DNA of 38,109 bases, from assembly GCA_041571435.1 (NCBI GenBank), contig JBFFUI010000019.1, positions 1-38,109 on the forward strand, given 5' to 3'. The DNA comes from Sulfurimonadaceae bacterium (lineage in GTDB: Bacteria; Campylobacterota; Campylobacteria; Campylobacterales; Sulfurimonadaceae). The translations under genes were made by a program, and so were the position numbers. Under the pieces are notes generated by a model. It did no database searches. It worked only from the letters and a program-made list of their open reading frames with translations, and had not been told where the DNA came from. Shown here piece by piece: positions 1 through 6,778 of the stretch. Numbering within the stretch: position 1 is the stretch's first letter; the number at the start of each line of letters is the position of its first letter.

Positions 1-17
1 ATAGGGGGGGGTGGGAC

Positions 18-410
18 ATGAAAAGATATAGGGACTGGGCAGTTTGGCTCTACATTGCTAACCTTTCACTTCTTGGGGTACACGAAATCGACTCAGCCTA
101 TTGGCATGAATGGGAAATGTTTCGTATGCCTGGAGGCATACAGCTGTTCCTCGTTCTTAACCTACTGCTCCTTTTTCTCCTAACCTACGGGCTCGTGCGA
201 GTTGCCCGTTGGCAGCCGGGCGCCAAGGTGCTCTCATTCGTCGTTGCCAGCACGGGAATATTCACCTTTCTTGTTCACACGCTTTTCTTGGTGATTGGGC
301 GTGACGAGTTTCGCTTGCCCATATCACTGATACTCCTGGGTGGAACCCTACTAGTTTCAATCGCCCAGATAGTCGTCGTAACCCGATGTGATAAGCCTGC
401 CGGGAAATGA
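18..410 (+). CDS. Small 4-TM membrane protein with HEIDSAYWHEW motif (resembles DUF6713, from memory); cassette gene
   Basis: 130 aa hydrophobic ORF, G-rich RBS, stop 3 nt before attC. Confidence 0.8.
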   Translation: MKRYRDWAVWLYIANLSLLGVHEIDSAYWHEWEMFRMPGGIQLFLVLNLLLLFLLTYGLVRVARWQPGAKVLSFVVASTGIFTFLVHTLFLVIGRDEFRLPISLILLGGTLLVSIAQIVVVTRCDKPAGK

Positions 411-413
411 GTC

Positions 414-477
414 GCCTAACAAGTCGCTTCAGCCGACGCAGGCCCTACGCCCGTGCGGCTGAGCTCCAGCGTTCTCA
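414..477 (+). repeat. attC site 1 (64 bp, GC-rich type)
   Basis: R'' GCCTAAC 414-420; GCTTCAGCCG pairs with CGGCTGAGC with one extra base; ends CCAGC-GTTCTCA (471-477). Confidence 0.85.
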
Positions 478-626
478 AATTCAGCCGCCACTCACCCGCG
501 GCCCGTTGTGTACAAAACAGGCTACCCTTCATCTAATTTTGTCTGGTTGTATGTTTTGTCCAAAACAGCTACAATTGAACAGCCCCTCACCGGTCGAGAT
601 TTTTTTATTGCCAAGGATAGGAAGTC

Positions 627-1481
627 GTGAAAACAATTTTCAGCATACTCGAAAACCGTACGCCGAAAACCATCACCAAGCTCTCATTCTTTTTGATCGT
701 GGTTTTGGGTGTCGTGCAGTTTATGGTAGGTGAAACCGTCAATATCGCTCCGCTCTATATTTTCCCGCCCCTCTTCAGCAGCTGGTACGGGTCGAGGACA
801 AGCGGTGTTTTGTCGGCTTTTTTGTCAACACTGGTCTTTGTCGTCATCGAAGCGTCTTTTGCCCGGGTTCCGCCGGCTTTTGACGGCCTGATGCTTTTTG
901 GTGCCCCCTATCTTGTCGCGTACGTCCTGCTGGCGATGCTCGTCATCAACTTCAGGGAGGTGCACCGCATAGAAGTGCATGCAGCCGATACCGACACGCT
1001 GACCGGCGTTCACAGCGCCAGAAGTTTTTATGCGGAACTCGCCAACGAGCTGCTACGTTCAAAACGATACGATCACGTCTTTTCATTGGCCTATATCGAT
1101 ATAGACAATTTCAAGAACATCAACGATTCGCTCGGGCACACCGCAGGGGACAGGCTGTTGAAAGAGGTGGCGGATTGCCTGGTGTCGTCGCTGAGGGCTA
1201 CCGACGTGATCGCGAGGCTGGGTGGGGACGAATATGCCTGCCTGCTGCCCGAGACGGCACAGGAAGAGGCAAAATCGGCGTTTTTAAAAGCCGCCGGTCT
1301 GTTGAAAAAAAGAATGAAAAAACATAAATGGGACGTGAGCTTCAGTATCGGGGTGGTCACCTTCGAGAATCTTCCGGAGGATATCAAAGAGGCGATCGAG
1401 ATCGCCGACAAACTGATGTATTCCGTCAAGAACGTAGCTAAAGACAATATCGCCTATCAGATGTACCAGGCAAACCTCTGA
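627..1481 (+). CDS. Membrane-bound diguanylate cyclase (GGDEF domain)
   Basis: N-terminal TM helices; DIDNFKNINDSLGH, RATD I-site, RLGGDEY. Confidence 0.92.
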   Translation: MKTIFSILENRTPKTITKLSFFLIVVLGVVQFMVGETVNIAPLYIFPPLFSSWYGSRTSGVLSAFLSTLVFVVIEASFARVPPAFDGLMLFGAPYLVAYVLLAMLVINFREVHRIEVHAADTDTLTGVHSARSFYAELANELLRSKRYDHVFSLAYIDIDNFKNINDSLGHTAGDRLLKEVADCLVSSLRATDVIARLGGDEYACLLPETAQEEAKSAFLKAAGLLKKRMKKHKWDVSFSIGVVTFENLPEDIKEAIEIADKLMYSVKNVAKDNIAYQMYQANL

Positions 1482-1529
1482 CAAAGCGGCTTTGCCCCGC
1501 ACGAGGCAGATCAAGAACAAGGAGTAGTT

Positions 1530-1985
1530 GTGAGTATCTCAAAATCTATCACCGAAAACATCAGCCGGACGGTCTACGGGATCATCAGTCTGTCACTCGG
1601 ACTTATCAGCCTCACCATGATCGGTTCCGCCCTCTACAATATCTGGGCTTCGATAAGCGAGCAAACACTGCTTACCAAGGCACTTCTCGACGCAGTCGGC
1701 TTCATTGTGATCGGGACAGCGGTTTTTGACGTCTCCAGATTCTTGATGGAGGAAGAAGTCTTCAAAATCCACGGCGAAGAGACGAGCATGAAACAGAGAA
1801 CGACGCTGATCAAATTTCTCATCATCATTATCCTCGCCGTCTCGCTCGAAGCGTTGGTATTCGTTTTTTCCGCTGCGAAAAAAGATGTCAGCTTGCTGGT
1901 CTACCCGACCTTTCTGATGTTGACCGCTGTTTTGCTGGTAGTCGGTTTGGGCATCTACCAGAAAATGACCCGGGAGGAACAGTGA
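1530..1985 (+). CDS. 4-TM membrane protein (PsiE-like topology, function unknown)
   Basis: AAGGAG RBS before GTG; four hydrophobic segments in 151 aa. Confidence 0.8.
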   Translation: MSISKSITENISRTVYGIISLSLGLISLTMIGSALYNIWASISEQTLLTKALLDAVGFIVIGTAVFDVSRFLMEEEVFKIHGEETSMKQRTTLIKFLIIIILAVSLEALVFVFSAAKKDVSLLVYPTFLMLTAVLLVVGLGIYQKMTREEQ

Positions 1986-2067
1986 TAATCGCTGTGAATG
2001 TTGTTGGCAGGCTATCAAAATTAAAAGTGTCACGTCAGCCATCCAGGCAAAGGATTTCACGTTTACT

Positions 2068-2139
2068 GCATAACACCCCAAAGGAGACCAATCAAAAAGC
2101 CACGGGCGGCTATATGACTGCTCATTTTAAACGTTGGGC
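2068..2139 (+). repeat. attC site 2 (72 bp, AT-rich family)
   Basis: R'' GCATAAC, inner GAGACCAATCAAAAAGCC...GGCTATATGACTGCTC imperfect palindrome, R' GTTGGGC. Confidence 0.88.
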
Positions 2140-2167
2140 AGAACAAATTCACTCTGAAAAACTATTG

Positions 2168-2173
2168 TATAAT
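2168..2173 (+). promoter_or_regulatory. Putative sigma70 -10 box inside cassette
   Basis: TATAAT ~30 nt upstream of ATG 2205 and its GAGGT RBS. Confidence 0.5.
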
Positions 2174-2204
2174 GAAATAATCCACATAGAAAAATGAGGT
2201 AGCT

Positions 2205-2915
2205 ATGACAGTTGACCAAAAAACAGTTACTAAAACTAGACCATCCCAATGGTTCAGTACAAGCATAATCTACATTTCCATACCCGCAATTCTACTGGTT
2301 TGCGGATGGGATCTCGGTTGGTGGCAAGCGTGGCTCTTTTTTGTGCTGATCGTTACGGCCGGCATAGGGGGACGCATATGGGCAGAACAGAGACATCCGG
2401 GGATTCTGGCTGAACGGTTTAAATATTCCAAGGCTCAAGGTATAAAATCCTGGGACAAAGTCATTGCCCCGTTGATGGCGTTCAGCCTCTCATTTCCACT
2501 TGTCATAGTCGCAGGCCTCGATCACCGTTTCGCATGGTCTCCACACTTGCCGATCTGGATGAATCTGCTCGGCTTTGTTCTGATCGCATTCGGATATGCC
2601 TTCGCCTCATGGGCCTTGATAGAGAATCGCTTCTTTTCCACGTTTGTACGTATCCAGAAAGAGCGTGAACATGAAGTGTGCAGTAGCGGTCCTTACGCAA
2701 TAGTACGGCATCCGGGCTACGCCGGGAATATGTTGGCCCTTCTAGGTATTGTCCTTGCTTTAGGTTCCGTCTGGACATTGATTCCGGTGCTCATGGCCAT
2801 AATAATTGCCGTGACAAGAACGGAACTGGAAGACAGAACCCTTCAAGAAGAGTTGAGAGGGTACAAAGAGTATGTACAAAAGGTACGATATAGATGGATT
2901 CCTGGGATATATTGA
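2205..2915 (+). CDS. Isoprenylcysteine carboxyl methyltransferase (ICMT/PEMT) family membrane protein; cassette gene
   Basis: Multi-TM; GPYAIVRHPGYAG, ED..L..EL.GY.EY...VRYRWIPGIY C-terminal motifs. Confidence 0.9.
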   Translation: MTVDQKTVTKTRPSQWFSTSIIYISIPAILLVCGWDLGWWQAWLFFVLIVTAGIGGRIWAEQRHPGILAERFKYSKAQGIKSWDKVIAPLMAFSLSFPLVIVAGLDHRFAWSPHLPIWMNLLGFVLIAFGYAFASWALIENRFFSTFVRIQKEREHEVCSSGPYAIVRHPGYAGNMLALLGIVLALGSVWTLIPVLMAIIIAVTRTELEDRTLQEELRGYKEYVQKVRYRWIPGIY

Positions 2916-2938
2916 TTTGAAAACATACTTATCAAGCT

Positions 2939-2972
2939 GTCCAACCAACCATATGAGCCCTATCAAAAAGCC
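2939..2972 (+). repeat. Truncated attC (left half only)
   Basis: GTCCAAC-CAACC-ATATGAGCCC-TATCAAAAAG-CC aligns without gaps to the first 34 nt of attC2 and attC3, then runs straight into ATG 2973. Confidence 0.8.
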
Positions 2973-3431
2973 ATGAAAAAACTTCTACCCATCTTACTGA
3001 TTATTATTGCTGTTATTGCTTACGCAGAAGAAGATTGTATATTTGATGAATCTACCTATATGAAATTTATCAAAGAGTACAGTGCAGAAAATAAAAACGC
3101 AAAAATCGGGCCTAATGGAAGAACACTCCTAATCAATAGGAATAATGAAGAGATCACCGTTCAAGGGGGTGGTTGCATCCACCTAGGGGTGGCCATCGAA
3201 TCAAGAACAAACCAGAACTATTCCGAGGAACAGTTTTTGCAAAAAGTGCTCAGTTTGTCCATCGAATTCGGCGACTGGTTAATAAACACCGAAGCATTGA
3301 AAGAATCTATTGAAAAAGGAAAATTCCAGAAAATAGATGGTGGTTATTTTATTGACGTTGATGCTATGACGGTGTTTGAAGCATCCTGCGACGATCAAGG
3401 TAAGATCAATGTCGATTTTTATATTAATTAA
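2973..3431 (+). CDS. Secreted hypothetical protein; cassette gene
   Basis: Signal peptide MKKLLPILLIIIAVIAYA; AT-rich; stop 6 nt before attC3. Confidence 0.82.
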   Translation: MKKLLPILLIIIAVIAYAEEDCIFDESTYMKFIKEYSAENKNAKIGPNGRTLLINRNNEEITVQGGGCIHLGVAIESRTNQNYSEEQFLQKVLSLSIEFGDWLINTEALKESIEKGKFQKIDGGYFIDVDAMTVFEASCDDQGKINVDFYIN

Positions 3432-3437
3432 AAGGGC

Positions 3438-3509
3438 GATCAACAAACTAAAGAAGCCCAATCAAAAACCCGCAGGCGGCTTTTTGATTGCTCATTTTAA
3501 ACGTTAATA
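3438..3509 (+). repeat. attC site 3 (72 bp, same family as attC2)
   Basis: R'' GATCAAC, CAATCAAAAA..CCGC..GCGG..TTTTTGATTG palindrome, CTCATTTTAAAC-GTTAATA. Confidence 0.88.
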
Positions 3510-3643
3510 CCCAATGTTACAAATCAAGTATCACGAAGAAAAAAGTCTATAATGTGCTAAAGTGTATAGTTGTAATGTAATGAAGAGTGCCACATCGCAC
3601 TTTTTTCTTCTAATTGAAATCTATAGGATTGGGAAGAAGACCA

Positions 3644-4336
3644 ATGTCAGAGACAGAAACAGAGCAAAGCATCAAGATCACAAAGAACGGCCCCCTCATA
3701 GTCAGAGGCCGTGTCCCGCTCTCCATACAGACGATCGGCGTCAACAGTGAAGGCGAAGCGGTCGAATGGATAGAGGGCGAGTGCTACCCGCTGAAGGAGA
3801 CCTATAGGCTCTGCCGATGCGGGAAGTCGAAGAGACACCCCTTCTGCGACGGGACGCACGCGAAAAGCGGTTTCGACGGCACGGAAACGGCTGACCGTTC
3901 GCCCGTTCTGGAACGTTCAAAGAGATATGACGGGCCGGATATAACATTGACCGACGCCAAAAGCCTCTGCGCCCTGGCCCGTTTCTGCAACCCGCACGGC
4001 GGGGTCTGGAACATGGTGACCATGTCGAACGACCCTGAAATAAAGCCGGTCTTTTTGCAAGAGGTGTGGGACTGCCCTGCCGGGCGGTTGGTTGCCTGGG
4101 ACAAGAAAACGGGAGAAGCCATCGAGCCGCATTTCGAGCCGTCCATTGTCCTCATCGAAGACCCGCATAAAAAGTGCAGCGGCCCCATATGGGTGCGGGG
4201 CGGCATTCCCGTCATCGGTGCCGACGGGACGCCTTACGAAGTACGAAACCGTGTCACACTCTGCCGGTGCGGGGCATCCGAGAACAAACCTTTCTGCAAC
4301 GGGAAGCATATGTTTACCCATTTCAAAGCGACATAA
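3644..4336 (+). CDS. CDGSH iron-sulfur protein (two CDGSH-type motifs flanking a ferredoxin-like Fer4_19-type segment)
   Basis: LCRCGKSKRHPFCDGTH and LCRCGASENKPFCNGKH; central C..ARFC...CPAGRL; ATG 3644 preferred over TTG 3614. Confidence 0.9.
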   Translation: MSETETEQSIKITKNGPLIVRGRVPLSIQTIGVNSEGEAVEWIEGECYPLKETYRLCRCGKSKRHPFCDGTHAKSGFDGTETADRSPVLERSKRYDGPDITLTDAKSLCALARFCNPHGGVWNMVTMSNDPEIKPVFLQEVWDCPAGRLVAWDKKTGEAIEPHFEPSIVLIEDPHKKCSGPIWVRGGIPVIGADGTPYEVRNRVTLCRCGASENKPFCNGKHMFTHFKAT

Positions 4337-4357
4337 GCATACCAAGGGGTGAAATCA

Positions 4358-4606
4358 ATGATCAAGTTACTTCATTTTAATACCATAGTAGGCACATTCT
4401 ATATCGTAAAAGCTACTGACGGCAGTTATCATCCCTATTTTGATGAGCACGACCTGGGCAGTTATCCGACTATTGTCGATGCCATTGAGGGTGTCGCGTA
4501 CGACACGTCTCTGGAACTGATCCATCCGGAGATGGGTGACCCGCTTGAGCCTACTGACCTGGGCATTCCTGATGACATAAGCGGTTGGCGTCCCGTTGAT
4601 GACTAA
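4358..4606 (+). CDS. Small acidic hypothetical protein
   Basis: GGGGTG RBS before ATG 4358; 82 aa, 21 nt after the CDGSH gene. Confidence 0.7.
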   Translation: MIKLLHFNTIVGTFYIVKATDGSYHPYFDEHDLGSYPTIVDAIEGVAYDTSLELIHPEMGDPLEPTDLGIPDDISGWRPVDD

Positions 4607-4664
4607 AGGGTCCCTCTAAACCTTTCAACGCTTTTAAGGCAGCCCCATCATAGCAGGAGGAGGC

Positions 4665-5000
4665 TCAGACTCTGGAAAGCAGGACGATGATAAACGGTAC
4701 AGGACGTTTTGGTGCGCCTGCCGCTTCAAAGACGTCACAAAACGTAGTGGCGATAGTTCTCATCATATCTTTGATGTATTCATGTTCGAACACTTCATCA
4801 AGAATTTCCATCGTTTTGTCGAGAACAGATTCAAATACGTTGGGATTGTCACGGTGAACTTCGTAAGCGGCGATGTTTTTGTCAAAACTGCAGGCGTGGT
4901 GAAAGATGTTGAAGTTCTGTTCGATCTCTTCATCGCTCAAGTCATTAAGCAGATTGTATTCGCGGACAAATTTAATGACCTCGTGTAGTTTGCAGACCAT
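4665..5000 (-). CDS. Hypothetical protein (111 aa)
   Basis: AAGGA RBS before ATG at 5000; protein-like helical composition. Confidence 0.7.
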   Translation of the reverse strand: MVCKLHEVIKFVREYNLLNDLSDEEIEQNFNIFHHACSFDKNIAAYEVHRDNPNVFESVLDKTMEILDEVFEHEYIKDMMRTIATTFCDVFEAAGAPKRPVPFIIVLLSRV

Positions 5001-5157
5001 AGTATTCCTTTTGTATTGTTTCTGGATAATATGCATAATCTGTGCAACATAGAACCTGTTCTACAAATATAGCTATGTCACAGTGTGTACATCTACCCAT
5101 TCATACTCCGGTATATTATTTCGATCTGCCATATATTTGGCATCTTTTTCTACACTT

Positions 5158-5166
5158 TGCTACAAT
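5158..5166 (+). promoter_or_regulatory. Extended -10 promoter for radA
   Basis: TGcTACAAT ~100 nt upstream of radA. Confidence 0.55.
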
Positions 5167-5263
5167 CATAGAACATTTCACTAAGGCATACGATTGAAGA
5201 GATTTTCCACCCTACCCTCATACATCAAAACCCTACCGTCAGAGTGCGCACACGAGGTGAAGA

Positions 5264-6610
5264 ATGGCTAAGAAAAAAGTTCTCTTCGAATGCCAGCACT
5301 GCGGTCTGACCTCGCCCAAATGGATGGGAAAATGTACCAACTGCGGGGCATGGGACTCCATGGTAGAGCTAAGTGAACAACAGCAGGAGATCGTCAAACT
5401 CACCTCCTCTTCACCGACAGGCAAGAGTAAAGCGCAGGCCATCAAAGATGTCACCAATACAGAGGTGTCCCGCTTTACAAGTAATGACATCGAACTCGAC
5501 ATGGTTCTCGGCGGCGGCGTCGTGCCCGGTTCACTGACGCTCATCGGCGGCAGTCCCGGGGTCGGAAAGTCGACACTGCTTCTCAAGATCGGCGCCAACA
5601 TCGCCAACGCCGGTAAAAACACCCTCTACGTCACCGGTGAGGAGTCGGAAGGTCAGGTCAAACTCCGGGCAGACCGTCTCAATGCCACAACAGAGAACCT
5701 CTACCTTCTCAGTGAAATACGGCTCGAACAGGTCCTTTTTGAGCTTGAACAGCGTGATTACGAGTTTCTGATCATCGACTCCATCCAGACCATGTACTCC
5801 GAGAACATCACCTCCGCACCGGGTTCCGTAACCCAGGTGCGCCAGATCACCTTCGATCTGATGCGCATTGCCAAGGAGCGGGGTATCGCGATCTTTATCA
5901 TCGGGCATATCACCAAAGAGGGGTCCATCGCCGGACCGCGTGTCCTGGAGCACATGGTGGACACGGTACTCTATTTTGAAGGGGACAGCTCTCAGGAGCT
6001 GCGCATTCTTCGCGGCTTCAAGAACCGTTTCGGTCCGACCAACGAGATCGGCGTCTTCGAGATGCGCAACGAAGGGCTTGTCTCGGCCAAAGACATCTCC
6101 TCGCGCTTTTTCAACCAGAGCAAAGCACAACCCGGTTCGGCACTGACTGTGGTCATGGAGGGGTCACGCCCTCTCATCCTAGAGGTTCAGGCTCTTGTCA
6201 GCGATTCACACTCGCCAAATGCCAAACGCCAGGCGACAGGGTTTGACAACAACCGTCTCAACATGCTGCTGGCCCTGCTTGAACGAAAACTGGAGATCCC
6301 GCTTAACGGGTATGATGTCTTCATCAACATCGCCGGCGGCATCAAGATCAACGAGACCTCTGCCGACCTCGCCATCCTGGCTGCCATCATCAGCTCGTTC
6401 AGAGACCGCACCATCTCAAAAGAGACGGTCTTCATCGGCGAGGTCTCGCTCGTCGGTGACATCAGAGAGGTCTTCCAGGTCGACACCCGACTGCGCGAAC
6501 TGCAGATGCACAACATCAACAAAGTCCTTCTTGCCAAAAAACCGAAAGATCTGCACGGTGTCAAATGCTACGAAGTCGACGAGGTCACCAAACTGATCGA
6601 TTGGATGTGA
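5264..6610 (+). CDS. radA: DNA repair protein RadA/Sms
   Basis: C4 zinc finger CQHCG..KWMGKCTNC, Walker A GSPGVGKST, KNRFG motif, Lon-like C-terminus. Confidence 0.98.
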   Translation: MAKKKVLFECQHCGLTSPKWMGKCTNCGAWDSMVELSEQQQEIVKLTSSSPTGKSKAQAIKDVTNTEVSRFTSNDIELDMVLGGGVVPGSLTLIGGSPGVGKSTLLLKIGANIANAGKNTLYVTGEESEGQVKLRADRLNATTENLYLLSEIRLEQVLFELEQRDYEFLIIDSIQTMYSENITSAPGSVTQVRQITFDLMRIAKERGIAIFIIGHITKEGSIAGPRVLEHMVDTVLYFEGDSSQELRILRGFKNRFGPTNEIGVFEMRNEGLVSAKDISSRFFNQSKAQPGSALTVVMEGSRPLILEVQALVSDSHSPNAKRQATGFDNNRLNMLLALLERKLEIPLNGYDVFINIAGGIKINETSADLAILAAIISSFRDRTISKETVFIGEVSLVGDIREVFQVDTRLRELQMHNINKVLLAKKPKDLHGVKCYEVDEVTKLIDWM

Positions 6611-6648
6611 GCTCGCCGAAAAGCCAACTGCTTGGCTTTTCGGCGAGC
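6611..6648. repeat. Perfect 17-bp inverted repeat (REP-like element or terminator hairpin)
   Basis: GCTCGCCGAAAAGCCAA-ctgc-TTGGCTTTTCGGCGAGC directly after the radA stop. Confidence 0.85.
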
Positions 6649-6778
6649 GCAGTTATCATACATCTCCAAAAGGTGTTCTACAGCAGACTCGTCCCCGCCT
6701 CTGGAGCAGATCACAAAATGATTACTAAACAGCGCTCCTCTTAAGCATATAAAAAGTTTAACACTATAATATTCATCT

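Larger units (their letters stand above)
1..3509 (+). mobile_element. Integron gene-cassette array (integrase not in window; CALIN or distal part of a chromosomal integron)
   Basis: Short, unrelated, co-oriented ORFs separated by imperfect palindromes bounded by R''-type ..AAC and R'-type GTT.. cores; two of these are 72 bp and 54/72 identical by manual alignment. Confidence 0.88.

Noticed and set aside
407-733. 108-aa ORF
   Set aside because: Runs through attC1 and overlaps the DGC out of frame; no protein-like features
1482-1494. Palindrome CAAAGC-G-GCTTTG as an attC remnant
   Set aside because: No AAC/GTT cores in the right geometry; too short
1982-2197. 71-aa ORF
   Set aside because: Spans attC2 and the next promoter; likely spurious
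2068-3509. CRISPR interpretation of the repeats
   Set aside because: Repeats are 72 bp, degenerate and separated by whole genes; no cas genes
4607-4664. attC after the CDGSH/orphan pair
   Set aside because: No palindrome or family similarity found
1-5263. Integron integrase, attI or transposase
   Set aside because: No ORF with tyrosine-recombinase or DDE motifs; may lie upstream of the window
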